Source: Candidatus Eremiobacteria bacterium
GTDB lineage: Bacteria; Vulcanimicrobiota; Vulcanimicrobiia; Vulcanimicrobiales; Vulcanimicrobiaceae
Direction: 5' to 3'
Length of the DNA stretch: 64,000 nucleotides
Assembly (NCBI GenBank): GCA_963737065.1
Contig: CAVTRC010000001.1
Coordinates: 2,304,001 to 2,368,000 of the forward strand
Shown here piece by piece: positions 49,137 through 57,584 of this stretch. The notes beneath the pieces are model-generated. The model had not been told where the DNA came from and ran no database searches. It saw only the letters and a program-made list of their open reading frames with translations. A program made the translations under genes and the position numbers. The number at the start of each line of letters is the position of its first letter. Positions within the stretch are counted from its first letter, which is position 1.

Positions 49137-49703
49137 TTGCTCAAGGGCTTTGTTCTCGGCATCGTTGCCGTCATCGTGATCGGGCTGATTGCGGCGTATG
49201 TCGGCATCACGCAGGGCCTCCTGATTCCAGCGAACGCCGACGCGCGCCCGGGCAAAATGGAAACGTGGGCGGCTCGCGTGTCGCTGCGCGCGACCTTGCG
49301 GCGACAAGCCTCGCGCAGTCCGAATCCCTTGCCGACGTCAATGCCCAATCTGCTCGACGGCATCAAATTGTACGGCGAAAACTGTTCGGTTTGCCATGGT
49401 GTTGCGGACGGACGCGCGAGCACGATTGCGCGCGGGCTCTATCAAAACGCGCCGCAACTCGCCAAAGACGGCGTGGAAGATGATCCGGACGGTATTACGT
49501 ATTGGAAGATCTATCACGGCATCCGGTTGACCGGTATGCCGTCATTCGGGGCAGCGCTTTCCGACAATCAAATCTGGGCACTTTCGCTCTTTCTGAAACA
49601 CATGGATAAACTTCCGCCGCAAGCAGAACGAGCGTGGAAGAATTTGAAAAATCCCGCACCGGCTGCGCCGGCGAGCGAGCACTCAAAGAAAGGCGGGCAG
49701 TAA
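49137..49703 (+). CDS. Membrane-anchored c-type cytochrome
   Basis: CSVCH heme motif, GIRLTGMPSF axial Met; TTG start with GGGAGG RBS. Confidence 0.88.
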   Translation: MLKGFVLGIVAVIVIGLIAAYVGITQGLLIPANADARPGKMETWAARVSLRATLRRQASRSPNPLPTSMPNLLDGIKLYGENCSVCHGVADGRASTIARGLYQNAPQLAKDGVEDDPDGITYWKIYHGIRLTGMPSFGAALSDNQIWALSLFLKHMDKLPPQAERAWKNLKNPAPAAPASEHSKKGGQ

Positions 49704-49704
49704 G

Positions 49705-50667
49705 TTGCTGATCGATGCGAGAACCGAAACACATATGCTAGACGTGGAACGGCTCGATCTGCGCGGGTTGCCCGTGTGGGAGCGTCCGACGCGCGTGCTC
49801 GACGTTTTCGACCGCTTGCCGCCGGGGCAAGCCGTCGTGTTCATCACCGAAAACGAGCCGCGTGGTCTAGGCACGCGCATCGAAGAGTCGCGCAAGCATG
49901 AATTGATTCTCGATACCCGGCGCGTCGGCGATCGTGAATGGCACGTCGTAATGACGCGAGCAGCCGTTGAGACCGATGCGCCCTCGCCGATGGGAATTCT
50001 CAAACGCTCACGCGTGTTCTCTCATCTCGACGAGGTCTCGCGTAGCAAGCTCGCCGCCGTTGCCACGCTGCATACCTCGCGCCGCGGACAGACCGTCGTC
50101 ATGGAAAACAGCGATTGGCCCTTCATCGGCGTCGCATTCGAAGGCGTCTTCGCGCTCGCGAGCCGGAACGGCACGTCACGCCAGCGGATCTTCCACGAAA
50201 TTTTTCCGTACGAAGTCTTCGGTGAACTCGAACTCTTCGACGGCGCGCCGACGATCGGACGCATCATCGTGCTTTCGAAAGCTGCGCGCTACTTGCGCTT
50301 GCCGAACGATGCCGTGTTGCAAATTGCCGAGCATTCGCCGAAGCTCTACGAGGCACTCGGCCGCGTTGCGGCGCAACACGCGCGCGACCTCGCCGAGTTG
50401 CTCGTCAATCAGAACACGATGCCGATCATCGCGCGTATCGCACAGGTGTTGCTGCCGTACGCAATGCCCGAGAAGGGACTGAGCGCGGCAATGCCGCCGC
50501 TCCCGAACATGACGCAGGCGCAGATCGCAGCGGCGGCCGGAACGGTAAAGGAAGTTGCTGCACGCGCGATCGCGGAGCTCGAATCGAAGAATTTACTCCG
50601 TCGCGAACGGGGGCATGTCCGGTATCTCGATCGTCAGGGCTTGATCGATCTGATACGCGAGTCGTAA
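49705..50667 (+). CDS. Crp/Fnr regulator with N-terminal DUF2249-like domain
   Basis: LDLRGLPVWER N-domain; FGELELFD; TQAQIAAAAGTVKEVAAR HTH. Confidence 0.85.
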   Translation: MLIDARTETHMLDVERLDLRGLPVWERPTRVLDVFDRLPPGQAVVFITENEPRGLGTRIEESRKHELILDTRRVGDREWHVVMTRAAVETDAPSPMGILKRSRVFSHLDEVSRSKLAAVATLHTSRRGQTVVMENSDWPFIGVAFEGVFALASRNGTSRQRIFHEIFPYEVFGELELFDGAPTIGRIIVLSKAARYLRLPNDAVLQIAEHSPKLYEALGRVAAQHARDLAELLVNQNTMPIIARIAQVLLPYAMPEKGLSAAMPPLPNMTQAQIAAAAGTVKEVAARAIAELESKNLLRRERGHVRYLDRQGLIDLIRES

Positions 50668-50679
50668 GGCCGCCGCCAA

Positions 50680-51438
50680 TCACCGCGGTTCGCGAGGTTT
50701 CGAGAGACCCAACCAAAACGTTTCAACGCCCGCGAGCATCACTGCGCCCGCGCGGATGAAACGTGCCGGCGAGAATCGCGGCTTTGCAAACGCGGCCGCG
50801 AGTTCGTCATCGGTGTGCGCAGCGTGCTGGTCCTCGAGCGCGTCGTGCCATGTCCAGAATCCCAGCGGGAGATCGGGCCGGCGCGTCGCTTTGATCGTGC
50901 GAAGGCCAAGAATCAACTGTTTCCAAAATCCGGCCGCCGCCCAATGTTCGATCGCGTACGACGCGCCGGCAGCAGTTGATTCATCGTGCGAGCCATACCA
51001 TTCCAGAAGCGTGTCGCAGAACGCGAGCGTCTCGGCCGAACCGTGTTCGCGTTTGCCGATCTCCTTCCACGTCAACCCGATCGATTCGGCGAATTGCACG
51101 AGCCATTCGAAGTGTCCGGCTTGAAACCTGAACGTGCCGCCTTCCACCGATCCGGTCGGCGAGAAGCCGACGCCGAGCTCATTCAGCAAAATCTCTTTGC
51201 CCGCGTGGTAACTCTCGAGGTCCGGTGCGTTGATGCACTTGCGCAATTGCGCCTCGATGAAGAGATGACTGAAGACTGAGAATTGCACCGTGAAGTGGCG
51301 CAGTTCGTCGTCGCTCGCGGCGCCCGTCGCAAACCACTCCGTGTACGGATTATGCTGTACGATCGGATGCGCTCCGATTTCCTCGTCGACGGCGCATCGA
51401 AACGCGTCGACTGCTGATGTGGGCGCTGCTGCGATCAT
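50680..51438 (-). CDS. Heme-oxygenase-like diiron (HDO; TenA/PqqC/CADD fold) enzyme of unknown function
   Basis: HP N-terminus; ligand pattern NE...H(FEW)...E(HW)...HxxxExxH; AGGAG RBS. Confidence 0.8.
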   Translation of the reverse strand: MIAAAPTSAVDAFRCAVDEEIGAHPIVQHNPYTEWFATGAASDDELRHFTVQFSVFSHLFIEAQLRKCINAPDLESYHAGKEILLNELGVGFSPTGSVEGGTFRFQAGHFEWLVQFAESIGLTWKEIGKREHGSAETLAFCDTLLEWYGSHDESTAAGASYAIEHWAAAGFWKQLILGLRTIKATRRPDLPLGFWTWHDALEDQHAAHTDDELAAAFAKPRFSPARFIRAGAVMLAGVETFWLGLSKPREPR

Positions 51439-51469
51439 GATCGATCTCCTGGTACAAAACAAGAGCAAT

Positions 51470-51500
51470 AAAAAAGCCGCCTCGCTGTCGGCGAGGCGGC
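51470..51500 (-). terminator. Intrinsic terminator (attenuator) upstream of the HDO gene
   Basis: GCCGCCTCGC-CGACA-GCGAGGCGGC-TTTTTT on the minus strand. Confidence 0.88.
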
Positions 51501-51524
51501 GTGTGTTCTAGCGGACGGTATTCG

Positions 51525-51602
51525 CTAAGACAACGGCAACCTGCAGCCGACTTCATCGAAGCGGCTGTAATAATACGAAACGGTTGCGGGCTGTCTGGAC
51601 AT
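51525..51602 (-). CDS. Tyr-rich attenuator leader peptide MSRQPATVSYYYSRFDEVGCRLPLS
   Basis: ATG..TAG of 25 codons with TAT TAT TAC, between promoter and terminator; below the ORF-track cutoff. Confidence 0.78.
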   Translation of the reverse strand: MSRQPATVSYYYSRFDEVGCRLPLS

Positions 51603-51614
51603 GGTTTAGCGAGG

Positions 51615-51643
51615 AGTCTAACATGAAGGACGCGGCAATGCAA
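51615..51643 (-). promoter_or_regulatory. Sigma70 promoter of the leader/HDO unit
   Basis: TTGCAT-N17-TAGACT with extended TG, 12 nt before the leader ATG. Confidence 0.7.
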
Positions 51644-51836
51644 TACATCGTCCGTCCTTGCGACGGCATGTTGCGGCTTCGCGTTCGCAGGTGCCACGTT
51701 TGCCGCGAACGGCCCGGCGGCGGGTCATGACCCAACCGATGTGTCGCGACGCTCAGGCGCAGGGAAAGCGCGATTCGCGTCGCAGCAGTCGCCGCACTGC
51801 CCGCACGCGGCATCGTGCTGCGTGGCCCGTTTTACA

Positions 51837-52190
51837 ATGAGTTTTTTCTTGAAGTGGCTGAAGGCGGAAACGACCGCGCACATCGGATTGCGTCCGCATC
51901 GCCTCGTTGAGCTGCCCGTTGACTTCGACACCGCGTACGGTCGCGTTCTCCACGCGATTGAAGTAACGCTCGGCGCGAACGTCTACATCGACGATCGCAA
52001 CGGCCGCTTTATCGAAGCGGGCTTCGGACTGGTGAACAACGAGCGCGTGCGCGTGAGCTTCGAAACCGAATCGGCGTTCGCAACTTGCGTGCGCGTCGAA
52101 GCGTACTTCCCCGCGGGCGCCAAAATTCCGAAGAAGTCCGCGGCGGTCGACGTATTAGCCGATACGCTCGAAGCCGGTATAACGGCGTAA
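51837..52190 (+). CDS. Hypothetical protein
   Basis: Globular-looking ORF from MSFFLKWLK filling the gap before serS. Confidence 0.6.
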   Translation: MSFFLKWLKAETTAHIGLRPHRLVELPVDFDTAYGRVLHAIEVTLGANVYIDDRNGRFIEAGFGLVNNERVRVSFETESAFATCVRVEAYFPAGAKIPKKSAAVDVLADTLEAGITA

Positions 52191-53438
52191 AACGTCCGGT
52201 ACTTCGATCGAGCCGTCGGCTTGTTGGTAATTTTCCATAATTGCAAGGAGCGTGCGGCCGACCGCGAGCCCCGAACCGTTCAGCGTATGCACGAGTTCGG
52301 GTTTCGACCTTGGATCGCGCCGAAAGCGGATCGATGCACGGCGCGCCTGGAAATCGGTGCAGTTCGAGCACGAACTGATTTCACGGTAGCCTTTCGAACT
52401 CGGCAACCACACTTCGAGGTCGTAGGTCTTCGCGGAATTGAAGCTGACGTCGCCCGCGCACAACGCCATGACGCGATGCGGAAGCCGAAGCTCCTCGAGG
52501 AGCGTGCGTGCGTCCTCGGTTAAGCGCTGGAGCGCCTCCAACGATTGCTCCGGTTGGGAAAGCCAAACGAGTTCTACTTTTTCGAACTGATGTTGACGAA
52601 TCAGTCCGCGGGTGTCTTTGCCGGCCGCACCCGCTTCTTTGCGGAAGCAAGGCGTATACGCCGTCATTTTCCGCGGCAGCGACTGAATATCCAGAATTTC
52701 GTCGCCATGCAACGCGGTCAGCGGAACTTCGGCCGTTGGAATCATGAACAGGTCCGCATCGCGGTCGATGAACATCGCATCGGAAAATTTCGAAAGCTGC
52801 CCGGTGCTCCACATCGTACCGCGCGAAACGAGCAGTGGAGGAATGACTTCGAGGTAACCGCGTTCGTTGGCGCGGTCCAAAAAATACTCCACGAGCGCGC
52901 GCGAGAGGCGCGCACCTTTCCCTTTCAAGATCGCAAAACGGCTGCCGGATAGCTTTGCGGCGCGTTCGAAGTCGAGAATGTCGAGCTCTTCGCCGAGTTC
53001 CCAATGCGGCTTCGGCGTGAACGGGAATTCGCGCGGCGTTCCCCACGAACGCACGCAGACGTTGTCTGCTTCGCCCGCTCCGTCGGGGACCGAGTCATCC
53101 AGAACGTTCGCCGTATTTTCTAGAAGCGATCGCAGCGTCGAGTCGGGATTATCGGGCGCGAGCGCCTTTGCACGTTCTTCATCGCGCGCGATCCGCTGCG
53201 AAAGCTCATCGAGCTTCGGCTTGAGATCCCGTGCCGCGGCGGCTTTATCCGGCGCTTTACCGATCTCGGCCGACAAGCGATTCTTCTCGGCTTTTGCCGT
53301 TTCGACGTTCGCAAGGGCGGAGCGGTACTCTGCGTCCAAGCGCAGAACGTCATCGACGAACGACGCATCATTCCCGCGACGCTGTGCCGACCGCCGAACG
53401 CGATCGGGATCGCGTCGTAGTAAAGCGATATCGAGCAT
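52155..53438 (-). CDS. serS: Serine--tRNA ligase
   Basis: MLDI start, PTAEVP, FRKEAG, RGLIRQHQFEKVE, YREISSCSNC, HTLNGSGLAVGR. Confidence 0.98.
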   Translation of the reverse strand: MLDIALLRRDPDRVRRSAQRRGNDASFVDDVLRLDAEYRSALANVETAKAEKNRLSAEIGKAPDKAAAARDLKPKLDELSQRIARDEERAKALAPDNPDSTLRSLLENTANVLDDSVPDGAGEADNVCVRSWGTPREFPFTPKPHWELGEELDILDFERAAKLSGSRFAILKGKGARLSRALVEYFLDRANERGYLEVIPPLLVSRGTMWSTGQLSKFSDAMFIDRDADLFMIPTAEVPLTALHGDEILDIQSLPRKMTAYTPCFRKEAGAAGKDTRGLIRQHQFEKVELVWLSQPEQSLEALQRLTEDARTLLEELRLPHRVMALCAGDVSFNSAKTYDLEVWLPSSKGYREISSCSNCTDFQARRASIRFRRDPRSKPELVHTLNGSGLAVGRTLLAIMENYQQADGSIEVPDVLRRYTGFERIG

Positions 53439-54663
53439 GGAACAGCGCGGCTTCGTCTTTCACTCAGAAAATCTTTTGTCGCCCGCGGATGCGATTGCGA
53501 CGTTTCTAGCGAGAATTTCACTCTCGCAGCGCGACGTCGAACGCGTGCCGTTAGATGACGCGCACGGCCGCGTTTTAGCCCAGGCGATCGATGCGGATTC
53601 CGACTATCCGAGCGCGCCGCGTTCGGCGATGGATGGTTTTGCGGTGCGCGCGGCAGATACGCCGGGAAGGCTGCACGTGCTCGGTGACGTACGCATGGGA
53701 GCCGCATGGCCGGCCGCAGTCGCATCCGGCACGGCGGTGCGGATTCCAACCGGAGGCGTCGTGCCCGACGGCGCAGATGCCGTTGTCCCGGTTGAAGATA
53801 CGATTCTCGAGGGCACATCGGTCGGCATATCGGACGGCGTTGCGGCGGGCGAGAACATCAACGAACGCGCGAGCGATATGCGTGCGGGCGAAGCAATACT
53901 CGACGCGGGTACGCGCATTACCGCACCGCACGCGGGATTGCTCGCAACCCTCGGTATCGTGAACGTTCCGGTGTACAAACGTCCGCGGATCGCGGTGCTT
54001 TCCAGCGGCGATGAACTCGTTGCGCCGGATGCCGTTCCAGTGCCGGGGCAAGTGCGCGACTCAAATCGCTTCGCAATCGCTGCGACGGTACGCGCGCTCG
54101 GCGCGGAGGCGGTTCACGTCCCGAGCGCTTCCGATGAACCCGGCGCGCTGGAACGCGCGTTACGCGACGCGCTTGCGAATGCGGACGCGGCGATACTCAC
54201 CGGCGGGTCGTCGGTCGGCGAACGCGATCGCACGCCATCGGCGATCGCATCGCTCGGTGCGCCGGGCGTGATCGTACACGGCGTGCGCGTGAAGCCCGGG
54301 AAACCGACCGTACTTGCGGCTATCGGCGCGCAACCGGTGATCGGTCTGCCGGGAAACCCGACGTCCGCCGTCATTATCTTGCAGGCAATCGTCCGTCCCG
54401 TGATCGACGCGATGACGGGCGCGCGATATCGGCCCGCAACCGTTGAAGCGCGTCTCGACGTCCCGGTTTCGAGCCGGCGTGGTTGGACCTGGTACGTTCC
54501 TGTGGCTGTAAAGAATGAAGGCAGCGAGCCCGTGGCGCATCCACTTCCTTTGCGCTCCTCGACGGTGAGCATCATCGCTCGCGCTGACGGATACATCGTT
54601 TTGCCGGAGGACGTCGAGGCATATCCTGCGGGAACACGCGTTCGCGTTACGCGATTTATTTAA
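53437..54663 (+). CDS. moeA: Molybdopterin molybdotransferase
   Basis: SAMDGFAV, IPTGG, SSGDEL, DSN, TGGSSVG, KPGKP, GLPGNP. Confidence 0.95.
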   Translation: MEQRGFVFHSENLLSPADAIATFLARISLSQRDVERVPLDDAHGRVLAQAIDADSDYPSAPRSAMDGFAVRAADTPGRLHVLGDVRMGAAWPAAVASGTAVRIPTGGVVPDGADAVVPVEDTILEGTSVGISDGVAAGENINERASDMRAGEAILDAGTRITAPHAGLLATLGIVNVPVYKRPRIAVLSSGDELVAPDAVPVPGQVRDSNRFAIAATVRALGAEAVHVPSASDEPGALERALRDALANADAAILTGGSSVGERDRTPSAIASLGAPGVIVHGVRVKPGKPTVLAAIGAQPVIGLPGNPTSAVIILQAIVRPVIDAMTGARYRPATVEARLDVPVSSRRGWTWYVPVAVKNEGSEPVAHPLPLRSSTVSIIARADGYIVLPEDVEAYPAGTRVRVTRFI

Positions 54664-54692
54664 AATCCCACGTACACGGAGGTAATCTACAC

Positions 54693-55790
54693 GTGATCCG
54701 TCCGGCGCCTGAAATCGAGGCGATTCCCGCGATGACGCCGTTCATCGGACCGGAACAACTGATGCGCGAAGGCGGCCGCAGCGAGCTCGTGCGTCTCGGC
54801 GCAAACGAGAGCGCGTTCGGGCCGTCGCCGCGCGCCGTGACCGCGATGGCTGCGGAGCTGCCGCGTATTTCGTGGTACGGCGATCCCGAGTCGTACGAAC
54901 TGCGCACGGCTCTATCAGCGAAACACGGCTGCCGCGTCGAGGAGGTCGTCGTCGGCGCGGGCATCGACGACCTGATGGGCCTCGTCGTGCGTGCATTTGT
55001 TGCGCCCGGCGCTGCAGCGCTGACGACGCGCGGATCGTATCCGACCTTGAACTATCACGTCACCGGTTACGGCGGGCGGCTGGTATATGCGAACTACCGC
55101 GATGACGGACGGCCGGATCTCGACGCATTGCTTGACGTTGCGACCCGCGAAAAGCCATCGGTCGTGTATCTCGCGAATCCCGACAATCCGAGCGGAACGT
55201 TCATTCGCAAGGACGACATGATTGCGTTTTTCGATGCGCTTCCGCGCGACGCCGTCTTTCTCTTGGACGAAGCGTACGCCGATTTCGTCGACGAGACCGA
55301 CCTCTTGCCCGCGCACATCGAGGACCGTTTGATTCGCGCTCGTACGTTTTCGAAGGCATACGGCATGGCGGGCGCGCGCATTGGTTATGCGATCACGACG
55401 GAACCCAACGTCGCGACGCTGCAGAAAATTCGCCTCCACTACGGCGTGAATCGCAACGCGCAGATCGGCGCGCTGGCTTCGCTCGAAGATGAACCGTTTC
55501 GATCCTATGTCGTCGATGAAGTCGCCGCCGCGCGCGCTGATTACTACGCGCTCGCAACGCAACTCGGTCTTGCATGGATCGAGTCCTTCACGAACTTCGT
55601 CTGCATCGATGTGGGAACCGCCGATCGTGCAACGCGCGTGATGAACGAACTGCTCGCGCGCGGCGTGTGGATTCGCAAACCCGGCCTGCCGCCGCTCGAT
55701 CGTTTCGTACGCGTGAGCGCCGGGACGAAGCCGATGCGCGATGCCTTTGCCGCGGCGTTCAGAGCGGTCCTTAACGAGGTTCGCGCGTGA
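54693..55790 (+). CDS. HisC-like class I/II PLP aminotransferase
   Basis: RLGANE, LANPDNPSG, LDEAY, RTFSKAYGMAGARIG. Confidence 0.88.
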   Translation: MIRPAPEIEAIPAMTPFIGPEQLMREGGRSELVRLGANESAFGPSPRAVTAMAAELPRISWYGDPESYELRTALSAKHGCRVEEVVVGAGIDDLMGLVVRAFVAPGAAALTTRGSYPTLNYHVTGYGGRLVYANYRDDGRPDLDALLDVATREKPSVVYLANPDNPSGTFIRKDDMIAFFDALPRDAVFLLDEAYADFVDETDLLPAHIEDRLIRARTFSKAYGMAGARIGYAITTEPNVATLQKIRLHYGVNRNAQIGALASLEDEPFRSYVVDEVAAARADYYALATQLGLAWIESFTNFVCIDVGTADRATRVMNELLARGVWIRKPGLPPLDRFVRVSAGTKPMRDAFAAAFRAVLNEVRA

Positions 55791-56512
55791 GATACGCGAT
55801 CGTCTCGGACATTCACGGCAATATCGAGTCGCTCGAGCGGGCGTTTGCGTTGATCGGCGACGAAGAGGCGGTGCTGTGTTTGGGCGATATCGTCGGATAC
55901 GGTCCGAACCCAAACGAGTGCGTTCGCCTCGTTCGCGCGCGGGCTGAAAACGGGGTTCTCGGCAATCACGATATCGCCGCTCTGGAGAACTTCGGCGTCG
56001 AATACTTCAACGATGCCGCACGCGCCGCGATTGCATGGACGCAGAACGTGCTCAACGAGGAAAGCCGAGATTGGCTCAACGGCCTCTCGTACGAACTGCG
56101 CTACCCGGAATTTTTGCTCGTGCACGGTGCGCCGGTGAATTATTTCGAGTACATTCTCGACAAACGGACGGCCGCGCGCGCATTCGCGAACACGGATGCT
56201 CCGCTCATCTTTGTCGGGCACACACATATTGCGGAGTATTGGGTCCAAGAACCCGACGGAAGCATCGGCCATAAACACATGCAACACGGCGGCGAATTAC
56301 AGCTGCAAGATGGCCGCCGCTATATCGTCGACGTCGGAAGCATCGGCCAGCCGCGCGATCTCAATCCCGAAGCGTCCTTCGCGATGTACGACAGCGCGAC
56401 ACGGCGCGTGGAATGGGTGCGCTTTCCCTATCCGATCGCCGAAGTGCAAGAGAAGATTCATCACGCGCACTTGCCGGATTATCTCGCAACGCGTCTGGAG
56501 TCCGGGCGGTGA
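55787..56512 (+). CDS. Metallophosphoesterase
   Basis: SDIHGN, GDIVGYG, GNHD, VHG, GHTH. Confidence 0.92.
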   Translation: MRYAIVSDIHGNIESLERAFALIGDEEAVLCLGDIVGYGPNPNECVRLVRARAENGVLGNHDIAALENFGVEYFNDAARAAIAWTQNVLNEESRDWLNGLSYELRYPEFLLVHGAPVNYFEYILDKRTAARAFANTDAPLIFVGHTHIAEYWVQEPDGSIGHKHMQHGGELQLQDGRRYIVDVGSIGQPRDLNPEASFAMYDSATRRVEWVRFPYPIAEVQEKIHHAHLPDYLATRLESGR

Positions 56513-56955
56513 GCGTGCCGGTCGACGACGGTCATTGCTTTGCGTGCGGCCCGGAGAACCCGATCGGTTTGCACCTGCACTTCGACCCCGACAACGACGG
56601 CGTGCACGCGCGCATTACGCTTCCGCCACAATTCCAAGGCTGGCGCGATATCGCGCACGGCGGCATCGCGATGTCGCTGCTCGACGAAGCGATGGCGCAT
56701 GCCGCCGGTCACGCCGGCCACCGCGGCGTCACGGCAAGCATAAACGTACGTTTTCGAAAGCCCGTACCGCTCGGCAAAGAACTGCGGATTACCGGTCGCG
56801 TCACCTGGCAACGTCGCAACGTGCTCGGCATGGAAGCCGCCGTCTGCGATGATTCCGGCACCGTACTCCTCGACGGCGACGGAAAATTCGTGTCGATGGG
56901 CTCCGTAGAAGCCGTAAACGACCGAAGAAATCCCAGCGCGACGAAGTCCCGCTAG
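56509..56955 (+). CDS. PaaI-family thioesterase
   Basis: CFACGPENPIGL, HGGIAMSLLDE; GTG start overlapping upstream stop. Confidence 0.9.
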   Translation: MSVPVDDGHCFACGPENPIGLHLHFDPDNDGVHARITLPPQFQGWRDIAHGGIAMSLLDEAMAHAAGHAGHRGVTASINVRFRKPVPLGKELRITGRVTWQRRNVLGMEAAVCDDSGTVLLDGDGKFVSMGSVEAVNDRRNPSATKSR

Positions 56956-57038
56956 CAACATGGCGACGACACAAGAGATGTTTAGGCGCGCCCTAGGGGC
57001 GAGTATTGCTTTCCAAAACCTGTCGCGCGCCATGGTCC

Positions 57039-57060
57039 GGGGGCCCCACGAAGTGGGGGG
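57039..57060. repeat. Short REP-like hairpin GGGGGCCCCACGAAGTGGGGGG
   Basis: Resembles the reverse complement of the spacer hairpin at 14918-14953. Confidence 0.45.
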
Positions 57061-57089
57061 TGCGCAGGCTAGGCCGGAGCACCTTTCAA

Positions 57090-57584
57090 ATGGCTAAATC
57101 CAAACAGACGCGACTTCAAGCGAAAGAAGAAACGAAGAAGCATAACGCGCCGGCGGTTGATAATCGGCGTGCGCGGCACGAGTACCACATCCTCGATTCG
57201 GTCGAAGCCGGGCTGGCATTGACGGGAACGGAAGTGAAGTCGATTCGTCAGGGCGGCGTGAGCTTGAATGAAGCGTATGCGCGCTTTCGCGACGGCGAAG
57301 CGTGGCTGCTCGGCATGCACGTGCCGTCGTACAAACAGGGCAGCTTTTCCAACGTCGATCCCAATCGCCCGCGCAAATTGCTGTTGCACAAAGGACAAAT
57401 CAACGACTTACAGTCGCGCGTGAAAGAGAAGGGGCTGACGATCGTGCCGCTGCGGATGTATTTCACGCGTGGCAAAGTGAAGGTGCAACTGGGACTCGCG
57501 CGCGGCAAAAAGATGTGGGACAAACGCGAAGACATCGCCAAACGCGACGTCGAACGCGAAATCCAACGCCATGCGAGGGGCTAA
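57090..57584 (+). CDS. smpB: SsrA-binding protein
   Basis: NRRARHEY, EAGLALTGTEVKS, RKLLLHK, RGKKMWDKR. Confidence 0.97.
   Translation: MAKSKQTRLQAKEETKKHNAPAVDNRRARHEYHILDSVEAGLALTGTEVKSIRQGGVSLNEAYARFRDGEAWLLGMHVPSYKQGSFSNVDPNRPRKLLLHKGQINDLQSRVKEKGLTIVPLRMYFTRGKVKVQLGLARGKKMWDKREDIAKRDVEREIQRHARG

Noticed and set aside
51350..51813. ORF-track ORFs 51350-51697 and 51553-51813
   Set aside because: They cross the promoter or terminator and lack protein-like composition; the short YYY leader explains the region better.
52867..53436. 598-aa extended MoeA
   Set aside because: The extension is the antisense shadow of serS.
54915..55913. Long antisense ORFs (also 5722-6651, 62176-63174, 28886-29701)
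   Set aside because: Typical stop-poor shadows of real genes in GC-rich DNA.
56956..57089. tmRNA or another known ncRNA before smpB
   Set aside because: Too short and without tRNA-like ends or a tag ORF.
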